The notes: a model not told the origin generated them from the letters alone. Shown: positions 27,126-35,632, numbered from the stretch's first letter. The stretch: 43,377 nt of DNA from a virus (IMGVR_UViG_3300048856_000024:1-43377); one strand, 5' to 3'. Numbers and translations are program-made.

Positions 27126-28049
27126 TCATGCGGCCGCCGTCAGCGCTTCAATTACGCGCTGTCCGGCCAGCGGCGGTACCGCGTTGCCGGCCATGTGCAT
27201 CGTCTGGCGGTGGTTGTCCGGGCGTAAGGTGTCGAGCGGAAACGTCTGAGCGGCCAACGCTTCGTTCGCGCTGAGCATCCGCATTTCGCCGCCACGCACC
27301 AGCGCCCAGCGGTCCAGCGTCGTGATGGTGCCGATCGGCCGATTCATGTCCCGCCCGGTCAGCCCGGATCCTTTGCCGTAGTAGGGCATGATGAACTGAT
27401 TGCCGAAGCGCTCGCGGCCGTTGCGCACTCGGTCGAGCGTGGCCTGCGCGCGGCCTGGCTTGTCGATGGCCGACCACTTGCCAGCGCCGAAGTCCAGAAA
27501 GCTGGCGGCCGGCACATGCCGACGTTTGTGCAGCTCAAGCATCAGCGGGGCGCGGCTGCGGGTTAGCACCAGGAACAGCCGCACCCGGTGTTGCGGCACG
27601 CCCAGATCAGCGCAATCCACGACGTGCGGTGCGACCTGGTAGCCCAGCGCCTGAACTGCTGCAACCCATGCGGGGTAGAGAGCCCATTCCGTGAACTCCG
27701 GTACGTTCTCTACCAGCGCCGCTTCGGGACGGTGAAATTCCAGCGCCGAAACGACTGCCCATGCCGTGGATCGGCTCGAATCGTGCTGCGGGTTGCCGGA
27801 TGCCTTGCCGCGCGCCTTCGAATGACCTTGGCAGCAGGGCGAAGCCAGCAGCAGGTCATGCGCGGGCACGTCCTCCCAGCGGGCCTGGTGCAGGTCTTGG
27901 CAGATGTGCTTCGTGTCGGGGTGGTTGGCGCTGTGCCATTCAACGGCAACAGGCCAGTGGTTGGCCGCCCAGAGAACCTGAACGCCCGCTGCGCGCGCGC
28001 CGGTGCTCCAGCCGCCGAGGCCGGCGAACAGATCGATTGCTGTTGTCAT
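27126..28049 (-). CDS. DNA cytosine-5 methyltransferase (orphan)
   Basis: Motif I DLFAGLGG, IV SPCCQGHS, VI ENV, VIII QHRVR, X GNAV; ATG 28049 overlaps the upstream stop. Confidence 0.93.
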   Translation of the reverse strand: MTTAIDLFAGLGGWSTGARAAGVQVLWAANHWPVAVEWHSANHPDTKHICQDLHQARWEDVPAHDLLLASPCCQGHSKARGKASGNPQHDSSRSTAWAVVSALEFHRPEAALVENVPEFTEWALYPAWVAAVQALGYQVAPHVVDCADLGVPQHRVRLFLVLTRSRAPLMLELHKRRHVPAASFLDFGAGKWSAIDKPGRAQATLDRVRNGRERFGNQFIMPYYGKGSGLTGRDMNRPIGTITTLDRWALVRGGEMRMLSANEALAAQTFPLDTLRPDNHRQTMHMAGNAVPPLAGQRVIEALTAAA

Positions 28050-28840
28050 GCCGCCCCCGCCTGTGCCTGGTTGATGCGCTGGAGCTCGGCCCCGCCGGAG
28101 GTAAGCCCGGCGTTGAGGTCGACCTTCATGCCAGCGAGCATGCCGGCAATCTGAGCATCCAGATCCAACTCGACCTGAGGTCGCTGTCTGTGCTTGCCGA
28201 TCTCTTGGGAGGATAGGTACCGATCGATGAGCGCCTTGCTTTCTGATTCGAGCGCTACGAGGTCGCGCCCGTTGGAGCCCTGTCCAATTTGCACGTCTTC
28301 TTCGCCTTGCGGCAACAAGCGTTTGAGTTTGCCGTACACCTGGCCGACCCACGCGATTGCAAAATGGTCTCCGGCCGTCTCCGGCGAATACGCGCTTCGA
28401 TTCTTCCCAGCCCGCACTCCCGCAACATATTCACGCCTAGCCATGGTGACCTTCGCGAGCAAGGCCTCGTATGCATAAAGAGCAATCTGCTGTGCTGGTG
28501 TAACGCCGACGAAGACCGCTCGCTCTACTCGGCGCTGAGTACTGTTGCACCAGTGCTTCAGGCTCAGCGCTTTGCAGTTGAAAACGTCAGCCACTACTGC
28601 GCCAAGGTCGCGATCCCACGAAGGGCGGCGAGTCGCTCTCGCATGGGATGATTCGACCTCACCAACGTCGCTCAGCTTCACGTCCGTTTCAGTGAGCTGG
28701 TATTTGCGCATCAAGGCTTGTGCTTGGCGCAGAGCGGTTGCTGCCTCGGTCTCGTTCGAACTCTGTGAAAGAGCCAGACAACGCTTGATCTTGCGAATGA
28801 CGCGCTCAAGCGCGCTCTCGCTGAGGTTTTCTGAGGACAT
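28046..28840 (-). CDS. DUF2786-containing protein
   Basis: RKIKRCLALSQSSN..EA..ALRQAQALMRKY. Confidence 0.85.
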   Translation of the reverse strand: MSSENLSESALERVIRKIKRCLALSQSSNETEAATALRQAQALMRKYQLTETDVKLSDVGEVESSHARATRRPSWDRDLGAVVADVFNCKALSLKHWCNSTQRRVERAVFVGVTPAQQIALYAYEALLAKVTMARREYVAGVRAGKNRSAYSPETAGDHFAIAWVGQVYGKLKRLLPQGEEDVQIGQGSNGRDLVALESESKALIDRYLSSQEIGKHRQRPQVELDLDAQIAGMLAGMKVDLNAGLTSGGAELQRINQAQAGAA

Positions 28841-28902
28841 GGGTACTCCAGGCAGCCGCGGTCACTGCCGGGCTGGCGTGATTCGTTGAAGTGGGGAGTG
28901 GG

Positions 28903-29964
28903 TCAGGCAGCTTCTCGAACCGGAACAGCTCGCAGATGGTCTTTCGTGTCCGCCGAACCCAGGTAGGGTTTCAGTTCGGCGCGGGTATATTTCCCGGCCT
29001 GAACAGTGTCAGTTGTGTAACCGCTGTAGTTGGGGCCGAAGTAGGCGCCGCCGTGCTTGTCGCTCCAGATCATGAACAGGGGCTCATGCTTGGGAAACAA
29101 AATGTCTCGCAGCTTGGCGGCACGCTCAAAGTCCATACCTGCCACAGCACGCTGCATGAGGCTTTCGATCCGCTTGCGACGCTTTTCGGCTGTGACAAGT
29201 CTTCGCAAATTGAGCGGTGCGCTGGTGAAGATGTCAGAGGCTTGCACGACGGAGTGACCGTATCGACCACTCACAACGAACCACGAAGAATTGAGGTCAT
29301 AGAAGGCGGTCCCTTTGAAGATGCGCTGAGTCTTCCGGTCGTGGTACCAAATCTGCGTGCCGTGCTTGATCGTGCCGCCGTCGCGAGCCGTTTCGTTGCA
29401 CTTCATGCTGATACTCGCGTGCCCCAATTCCTCCCGGAAATGGCCGGTAGCCCGGATTGCTTTTTGCATCCATTCCATAGCCGTCACCCGGTTTCTGCCG
29501 GGGCCTACTTTAGGATTTCGATCGGTCTGGAAGGTGTAGCTGGTAAAGACGTTGCATAGGTAGTCACGCAGCTTGCGCCGGGTGTACTCCATGCGCAGGC
29601 GTTGCTGATAAGTCATCCGCTCCTCTTTGTCGAAGCAGTACTGACCGCCGTTGCGGTTGTCCACGTTCTGGACGTTCTGATACATCTTCAACTCGATGCA
29701 ACGCCCGGACACACTCAGCTCGGCTTCGACTTCGCCGTGGCGGCAGTACCGGTGATTGCGAGCGAAGCTCACACCGTAACGCTTGACCATTTCTTCGGGG
29801 ATTTTGCAGGTCCAACCCATTCGGTTCAGCTGTTGAACGATCCTTAGGAAAACGGCTTTCTTGAACTCGTTCTCCCAGGCGCCCAGCACCATCCCCTCTG
29901 GCGACTCCCACACGTTCAGGCTGGCATCGTTAAAACTGACAATGCCGGTTCTTTCAATTTGCAT
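28903..29964 (-). CDS. Hypothetical phage protein with UvrB/C-like motif
   Basis: GGAG RBS before MQIER; MQRAVAGMDFERAAKLRD. Confidence 0.75.
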   Translation of the reverse strand: MQIERTGIVSFNDASLNVWESPEGMVLGAWENEFKKAVFLRIVQQLNRMGWTCKIPEEMVKRYGVSFARNHRYCRHGEVEAELSVSGRCIELKMYQNVQNVDNRNGGQYCFDKEERMTYQQRLRMEYTRRKLRDYLCNVFTSYTFQTDRNPKVGPGRNRVTAMEWMQKAIRATGHFREELGHASISMKCNETARDGGTIKHGTQIWYHDRKTQRIFKGTAFYDLNSSWFVVSGRYGHSVVQASDIFTSAPLNLRRLVTAEKRRKRIESLMQRAVAGMDFERAAKLRDILFPKHEPLFMIWSDKHGGAYFGPNYSGYTTDTVQAGKYTRAELKPYLGSADTKDHLRAVPVREAA

Positions 29965-30073
29965 GGCAATCTCCATAGCAGGCGCCGCCCTCCGATACAG
30001 GATGGTGGCAATCTGATAGTTATTAGGGTATGAAGCGGTTGAGTTTTATGAAGTACGGCTAAAGGGAATCTCC

Positions 30074-30298
30074 ATGCCGAAGCCACTCCAGGGTTTTACA
30101 ACGCGTTACCAGGGTCGCCAGATCACCGTCGGGCTCGTGCACCACCCAAAAGGGATAACGGCCCGGGTGCGGATCGATGAGGATGACTGGAACTATGACG
30201 ACTCGGCTTTCTGGATCTCGTGCGATCAAGCATGCATAGCCGGGATAGCCAAGGGGCGACGGCTCATTGACCAGATATCTGCCAACGATTGCCGGTAG
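30074..30298 (+). CDS. Hypothetical protein (moron), paralogue of 26448 ORF
   Basis: YQG.QI...L.HHPKGI motif; AT-rich upstream region. Confidence 0.65.
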   Translation: MPKPLQGFTTRYQGRQITVGLVHHPKGITARVRIDEDDWNYDDSAFWISCDQACIAGIAKGRRLIDQISANDCR

Positions 30299-30459
30299 CA
30301 ACTCACATCAAGTCCAGCCCATTGTGACGCTGGCAGATTGGCATGGGACGATAGTGGCAGTTTGGGTTAATATCAGAAGTCAGCGGCGGTGTACTCACCA
30401 TACGCGCCGGTTACAAATCACCGGAAGCTACACAAAGAAAGTTTTACTAGGGATATTTG

Positions 30460-31173
30460 ATGACTGTTAATTTGGATTCAGTACTGGACAAGATGTCAAA
30501 AGTGGTTGGCATCTTCGGGATTGTCCTTGGTATCGCTTATGTCTATGGGCTGGGTCAAAGCTATTTTCTGTATAGTCAGTTAGATGCCGCTTGGGTTGTT
30601 GGTCTTCTTGAGCCCCAAGCGTTGATTAATATAGGGCTTCCATCAGCGCTATTATTTTTGTTTGCAGGGCTTTTCGTATTTGTTTTGATACCCAGCACTG
30701 ATCAGCTTAGCTCGGCTGTGGGCGTTGGTTTCCCGGTCTTCACGAGTGGCTGCATCGCTTTTTCGATGGCGCTGAAAATATTCGGTATTGAGGTCTCGGA
30801 CTTCTATGCAGATTCGTTGATAAGTACGGCGATTTTTGCTGCCGTTAATGCCGCTCTGTTTGCATGGGCCTTGAGACTTTTATTTGAAGGTCAGCAGGGC
30901 AGAATAGTCATGACATTCTTTATGGCAGTAGGGTTCTTCTCGTTCCTGATGATTCCGTACATGCAGGCCGTGCAAAAATCACGAGGCCTAATTTGGGGAG
31001 ATAAAGGCACTCCCTTGGTCATTGACAAAGACAGTAAGATCCTAGGCGTTCTCGTAGGCTCGGTGGCTGAAAAGTTCGTGGTGCTTAACTGCACTGGAAA
31101 GGGGCGGGAGGTGTTCCTCTCTGATGTGAGTCCGGACCTCAAAGTGAGACCATCTACCGGTGAATGTGGATAG
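30460..31173 (+). CDS. Multi-pass membrane protein (low-GC moron)
   Basis: About 5 TM helices plus a C-terminal soluble domain; opposite to the operon. Confidence 0.75.
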   Translation: MTVNLDSVLDKMSKVVGIFGIVLGIAYVYGLGQSYFLYSQLDAAWVVGLLEPQALINIGLPSALLFLFAGLFVFVLIPSTDQLSSAVGVGFPVFTSGCIAFSMALKIFGIEVSDFYADSLISTAIFAAVNAALFAWALRLLFEGQQGRIVMTFFMAVGFFSFLMIPYMQAVQKSRGLIWGDKGTPLVIDKDSKILGVLVGSVAEKFVVLNCTGKGREVFLSDVSPDLKVRPSTGECG

Positions 31174-31246
31174 AGATCCGGCCCACATCAGAGACGCCGA
31201 GCCGCGTTGTATAACCTGTGGCGTGCACGCCGGGTATTTGCGAACA

Positions 31247-31579
31247 TTATCCGTCTAGTGCTGTTTCGTGCTTCAACTGGGCGCGGCTCGCTGCCTCAAA
31301 CTGTCGCGCTAGCTTCGGTGTAATGACGAAAGCTGGCGCGTCAGGTCGCTTCAAACGCTCGGTCTGCTGCTCTGGCGACGCTGCGAGAAACGACAGCGCC
31401 AAGTCCTGATACAGCTCCTGCAACTGGCTGTAGCCGTGGGTTTCCGCCGCTGCCAACATCGCCGTACGCACACCCCGTGTCGTCTCGATCGTCAGCTCTT
31501 CGATGCCCAGACGCTCGGCTTCCGCCTTCTTCCTGTCTCGGTACGCCTTCGAGTGCTGCGCCGCCGCTGACTTTTCCAT
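31247..31579 (-). CDS. Hypothetical early protein
   Basis: Basic N-terminus KAYRDRKK; in the leftward operon. Confidence 0.7.
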   Translation of the reverse strand: MEKSAAAQHSKAYRDRKKAEAERLGIEELTIETTRGVRTAMLAAAETHGYSQLQELYQDLALSFLAASPEQQTERLKRPDAPAFVITPKLARQFEAASRAQLKHETALDG

Positions 31580-31657
31580 TGTTCAGTTCCATACCGCTGG
31601 GTGGAATGTTGAGTTGAAGCGGGCGCCGCCGCTGGTTGGCTCGGGCAATAAGGCGTT

Positions 31658-32227
31658 TCACCGCCGCTTGCCAGCTGGCCAGGTGGGGAAGTCGATGTCG
31701 TAGTCCCGAATCAGGCGAGCCACCAGGTTGTGGCTAACGCCCATCGCGGCGGCGGCCTGCTTTCTAGCCAGCCCCTGACCCCGCAGCTCTTTGACTCGCA
31801 GCACGTTCACCGCGTCAGCGACGGGGTCGATGGTCGGCGGCTTCAGGTTGGGGTTGGGATCGTGCTTCTTGAACTCGAAGCCGTGCTCTTTCGCCAGGCG
31901 GTTCAACAGGTATCGGCTTATGCCGGTTTCCTGCTCGACCTTCATCTTGCTGGACACCGGGGCGAGATCGCGGATCTGCTGCAGCAGTGCTTCATTCACT
32001 TCTATGCGCAGGCTGCTCGCGCTGCGCACCTGAGTCTTGGCGCGCTTGGGCTTGGGCGGCGGGGCGATCTGGCGACCGTACGGTTTGGGCTCGGGCTTGG
32101 GCCTGAACACCGGTCCTTCGAGCGTATGGATGCTGCCGCCTTTCGAGAGGAACGCAGCCATTGCTTGGGCAAGATCGGCGGAGCGTGCTGTGTTTTGCTG
32201 AACCGTGCTCAGCTCCATGCTGATCAC
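31658..32227 (-). CDS. Hypothetical protein with tandem HTH motifs
   Basis: AFLSKGGSI motif; ETGISRYLL.R and AAAMGVSH.LV.R HTH-like segments. Confidence 0.75.
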   Translation of the reverse strand: MISMELSTVQQNTARSADLAQAMAAFLSKGGSIHTLEGPVFRPKPEPKPYGRQIAPPPKPKRAKTQVRSASSLRIEVNEALLQQIRDLAPVSSKMKVEQETGISRYLLNRLAKEHGFEFKKHDPNPNLKPPTIDPVADAVNVLRVKELRGQGLARKQAAAAMGVSHNLVARLIRDYDIDFPTWPAGKRR

Positions 32228-32493
32228 TTGGCGCCTGCCTGAGCATCAGCCCGCGCTTCAAGCATCTGAGCGAAGTTGACTGCCTCCCGCCAGGAGAAGC
32301 GGAAGCCACGCACCTTGCCGGTGGCACGCTCAACGATGTGGTAGGCGCTCTGGCCCTTGGTGACTACCTGGTAGCGGATCTTCTGCACCGGCTGTTCCAA
32401 GCCGGCGAGCAGGTAGAACGCGGAAGTTGCGGTGTTGAGGCGAACGCGAAGGGCTCCAAGGCCGTCAACGCGCTGCTGCATAGATGGATGCAT
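32224..32493 (-). CDS. Hypothetical early protein
   Basis: GGAG RBS before ATG 32493; YHIVERATGKVRGFR. Confidence 0.7.
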   Translation of the reverse strand: MHPSMQQRVDGLGALRVRLNTATSAFYLLAGLEQPVQKIRYQVVTKGQSAYHIVERATGKVRGFRFSWREAVNFAQMLEARADAQAGAK

Positions 32494-32637
32494 GGGAATC
32501 TCCGTGAACCGCATTGGGCAGGCGCCAAGCCCAGTGACCAAACTGGGAATAGCCAGCCTGACGCCTGTCCGATGCGGTCGTATTGGTTGGGGGTAGGGGT
32601 GATGCAGGGGGCCGCGTTGCGCGGTGCAGAAGTCTTC

Positions 32638-32799
32638 CGCATCGGAGATTGATCGAAACACCCGGGCGCCACCCCGACTTGGTTCCCGCCGCGTTTCTGG
32701 TATTGGCCGTCTCGCTCGTACCGGCTCAGGAATTTCCCGGGTCTTTGCGATCCTAGCGCTGCAGCTCGCTTGAGCACGCTTCGATCAATCTCCGATGCG
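32638..32799 (-). ncRNA. Candidate structured RNA closed by a 20-bp perfect stem
   Basis: CGCATCGGAGATTGATCGAA / TTCGATCAATCTCCGATGCG with nested internal stems; intergenic. Confidence 0.5.
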
Positions 32800-32853
32800 C
32801 TCTCATTCAGAGGGTCGGGCAGTTAACGTCAGTGCTGACGTGGCGCTGGTTGT

Positions 32854-33135
32854 TCAGGCGACGAGCTTCTGAGCCTTTTTCAACGCTCGCTCGAAGCTCT
32901 CGAAGTAGAAGGTTTTTTCTGGTTTGAAACCGCCGCCAACGTAAAGCATCGTCGCCGCTGGATCGTCTGGGCCGCGACCGCCGACAAGACTACGCGGCCT
33001 CGTGTCAGCGATCAGAATCCCATCCTTCGGCAGGTGCTCCCCGAAGCCAAGAACGGTAACGCCAGCTTCTTTGCATGCTTCGATACGCTCCGGCTTGAGG
33101 GCGAGCATTCCATCGTGTCTGGTGTAGAGCTTCAT
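32854..33135 (-). CDS. Hypothetical early protein
   Basis: GGAG RBS; 93 aa. Confidence 0.7.
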   Translation of the reverse strand: MKLYTRHDGMLALKPERIEACKEAGVTVLGFGEHLPKDGILIADTRPRSLVGGRGPDDPAATMLYVGGGFKPEKTFYFESFERALKKAQKLVA

Positions 33136-33204
33136 CGTCTTGTGCTCCAGCGGGTTGATTTCCCGTCTGGCCCTGTCGCCAAGGCCAGCCAGTGAAATCG
33201 GGTA

Positions 33205-33606
33205 TCAGCAGAGCGCTACAAGAGGCCGGTCTTTGTCCGTACCCTTGCGAGCGAGCTTCGTTTCGAATCCGGCCCGGCGTGGCTCCGGGGCCCGGCGGTC
33301 TCGCCTCATGGCGTCGCTATCGAGGACTGAATGCAGAGCTATCAACGACGCCAGCATGAAACACAGGGGGGAGATGATCTGCCGGCGCATGGCCTCGGCG
33401 ATCATCGCGGTTTGTCGGTTCACGCCCAGCTTGAACATGGCCACAGACAGCCGCTTTACGACGGTGCCCGGTGCAATGCCGAACGTCCGTGCGATCTCTT
33501 TGGCCGTGCAGCCCTGGGCGACTGAAAGTAGAAACTGCAACTCTCGCGGCGCAAGTCCACGGCCGAGGTGGCCTTTCCATGCCCCGCTTACGATGGTGGT
33601 ATCCAT
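33205..33606 (-). CDS. LuxR-type HTH regulator, first gene of the pL operon
   Basis: LAPRELQFL..VAQG.TAKEIAR..GIAPGTV.K......KLGV. Confidence 0.88.
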   Translation of the reverse strand: MDTTIVSGAWKGHLGRGLAPRELQFLLSVAQGCTAKEIARTFGIAPGTVVKRLSVAMFKLGVNRQTAMIAEAMRRQIISPLCFMLASLIALHSVLDSDAMRRDRRAPEPRRAGFETKLARKGTDKDRPLVALC

Positions 33607-33689
33607 TCGTCTCTCTCGGTGGTTGTCATCCCAAAGCACCCGGCGAGCCAGGTGCTTCAGTGATGGTTTCCAAATGGTTGTTCCGTCCC

Positions 33690-33700
33690 TTCTAAAGAGC
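33690..33700 (-). promoter_or_regulatory. boxA-like element
   Basis: GCTCTTTAGAA versus consensus GCTCTTTAACA, in the pL leader. Confidence 0.55.
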
Positions 33701-33812
33701 TTCATCCAGTCGGTCCCGTTATCCGGGGCTGGGAGATCACTTCGCTGATCCCGTGCTATCTGGCGGCTGTACCAGTCGTGTTTCGAGTGCTGGCGAGCAA
33801 CTCGGTGAATGA

Positions 33813-33841
33813 ACTATGCACTAGTGCAATTATCAGGTCAA
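33813..33841 (-). promoter_or_regulatory. Leftward early promoter pL
   Basis: TTGACC-17 bp-CATAGT overlapped by operators. Confidence 0.75.
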
Positions 33842-33876
33842 TGCATTGGTGCATATTTTTCTTTGCCTCAGTGCAT
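33816..33876. promoter_or_regulatory. OL operators (3 x 14 bp)
   Basis: ATGCACTAGTGCAA 33816, ATGCATTGGTGCAT 33841, TTGCCTCAGTGCAT 33863. Confidence 0.8.
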
Positions 33877-33934
33877 AAATTTTTCCGGTCCGCAGGGGTT
33901 ACTTTTTTTGAATCCTTGGATAAGATCCGCAGCA

Positions 33935-33950
33935 CTGTACGTATATACAG
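33935..33950. promoter_or_regulatory. LexA (SOS) box
   Basis: CTGT-ACGTATAT-ACAG upstream of the DUF1654 gene. Confidence 0.9.
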
Positions 33951-33968
33951 CATCTGAAAGGGGGTGAC

Positions 33969-34274
33969 ATGGCCAAGCAAAAGAATTCCGTTCCGCAACG
34001 CGTGCCAATGACAGGGGTTGAGCGTCTCGGGCTGCGCGTGTCGGCGATGATCAATCATCCAATCGCGCAGACCCAGCGGTGGGTGACTATCCACAGGATG
34101 GACACGGATGCGGACGCGGATTGGGAGGAAGTGATGGGTATTCTTTCGGAAACAGAAGAGCTGGATCTGATATTCAACGATGATGGCAGTGCGACCCTGA
34201 AGTGGGAGCGCCCGGGGAATGAAAAAACATCGAGTGCTGTGGAGCTATCGACCGATGAGATAGCGCCGTTTTGA
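33969..34274 (+). CDS. DUF1654 family protein
   Basis: ERLGLRVS.MIN.P.AQ..RWVTI.R.D.D...DWE.V...L.E. Confidence 0.82.
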   Translation: MAKQKNSVPQRVPMTGVERLGLRVSAMINHPIAQTQRWVTIHRMDTDADADWEEVMGILSETEELDLIFNDDGSATLKWERPGNEKTSSAVELSTDEIAPF

Positions 34275-34303
34275 CCGATAATGTTTGCCGATCTGTGTGA
34301 GCC

Positions 34304-34774
34304 TTAAGGCTCCGGTACAGGCGAAAGCCCAGCGGGGAATCGGTCGTAGCCTGCGGTCAGGGGAAACTGGCCGCTCATGCGCCACACCTCTGCCGCAGAG
34401 TTCATTACGTGTGGCATGCCGCGTGCAAGCTGCCCCCATATCTCCCGCGCCACGGGGCGTAATTCATGCCTGGCCCCAACCCGCATAGTATGAAGCCAGA
34501 CCATTGCTGCCGCCGAGTCTGTAAGGGAACCCTCGCGCTGATATTGCCGTATCATTCGCCCGAGAGTGAGTATTGGCGAAGGATCAACGGGCACCGTCAC
34601 GATCGGGTCCATGAGGTCGATCCCGGTTTCCTCAAGTTTATTCCTCATGTGGGTAGCAACGGCGAGGACCAGGCCAACCTCTTTGCCATCCATTGAGCTG
34701 AGGCCATCGACGTAGGCTTGTGCTTCCTTACGCTGGGTCTTCAATGCCCACGAACTGAATAGTCGCTTCAACAT
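34304..34774 (-). CDS. Hypothetical protein downstream of cI
   Basis: GGAGG RBS; same strand as cI, 24 bp after its stop. Confidence 0.7.
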   Translation of the reverse strand: MLKRLFSSWALKTQRKEAQAYVDGLSSMDGKEVGLVLAVATHMRNKLEETGIDLMDPIVTVPVDPSPILTLGRMIRQYQREGSLTDSAAAMVWLHTMRVGARHELRPVAREIWGQLARGMPHVMNSAAEVWRMSGQFPLTAGYDRFPAGLSPVPEP

Positions 34775-34798
34775 CTAGCTGCCCTCCCTGGGCCGTCT

Positions 34799-35632
34799 TC
34801 AAACCGGGTTGGCGTTCCATACAAGCAGCACGCGCGCCTGGATGAACGTCTCATCCCTCGGAATGGGCTCCGGAGGGTGGTTGACGTTATCGGAGATCAT
34901 CTTGAAGTGGTCAGGTCCTTGGACTTGAAGCCGCTTGATGTACAGATGATCGCCCCAAGTGAACAGATAAATCCCATCCCCTACAAAATCCCTGATGCTG
35001 ACGTCCACAAGGATGGGATCACGATGCCTGATAGTAGGCGCCATCGATTGACCCCAGCCGGTGACCATCTTCAGGTTGAAATGCTCACTGAATTCAACGC
35101 CGAGCTCCCTCAAGCGCTTCGGACTGACCCTGATGTCTTGAAGCATTTCAGGGTAATCCTGGACTAGCTGCCCGCCGCCCATTGCCGCGCGGACATCGTA
35201 GTGAGCGATCCAGACTTCATCCCCCACTTGTCCTGGCCTGAGCACATCAACTGCTGGGGTTGGCGCCACTTCTTGCTCATCCACTGCGGCCAGCAGCTTC
35301 TGTCGCGCTTCCTCGGAGAGACCGCGGCCATGCTTCTGAAGCATCGAGCGGACAGCCTCGGCGGACGAGGATGTGCTCACAGAAGGAACTTGTGTGACCG
35401 CTGCCGGAGGTAGGGGGACGTATCCTCGCAGCTGATCCGTCGAAACACCGAAGAAATCGGCGAGAGGACGTACCTGCTTGTCAGTTGGTTCTTTGATGCC
35501 TTTTGCGCCGTTCGGATTGAGGATCCGCGAAATCGTAGGCTGCCCAACGTCCGCCGCCCGGGAAAGGTCAGCTTGAGACAGTTGGTCCCGCTTCATTAAT
35601 TCGGCAAGAATTTTATCGATGGTTTTATGCAT
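34799..35632 (-). CDS. cI: CI repressor (HTH + S24 peptidase)
   Basis: SQADLSRAADVGQPTISRI HTH; RAAMG cleavage region, GQSM Ser, IKRL Lys. Confidence 0.94.
   Translation of the reverse strand: MHKTIDKILAELMKRDQLSQADLSRAADVGQPTISRILNPNGAKGIKEPTDKQVRPLADFFGVSTDQLRGYVPLPPAAVTQVPSVSTSSSAEAVRSMLQKHGRGLSEEARQKLLAAVDEQEVAPTPAVDVLRPGQVGDEVWIAHYDVRAAMGGGQLVQDYPEMLQDIRVSPKRLRELGVEFSEHFNLKMVTGWGQSMAPTIRHRDPILVDVSIRDFVGDGIYLFTWGDHLYIKRLQVQGPDHFKMISDNVNHPPEPIPRDETFIQARVLLVWNANPV

Noticed and set aside
28050-28352. N-terminal extension of the methyltransferase
   Set aside because: Overlaps the DUF2786 gene; motif I starts right after ATG 28049
28860-28882. GGTCACTGCCGGGCTGGC resembling a type I-F CRISPR repeat (possible RNA anti-CRISPR)
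   Set aside because: Only ~9 nt match; the GGCAG stem and CTAAGAAA handle are missing; single copy
32690-32740. Known self-cleaving ribozyme (hammerhead/twister) in the structured RNA
   Set aside because: CUGANGA core absent and the twister-like GCCGGU..AGC match is only partial; cannot be assigned by eye
33625-33760. RsmA-sponge RNA (several GGA motifs in the pL leader)
   Set aside because: Most GGAs are not ANGGA in hairpin loops; consistent with chance
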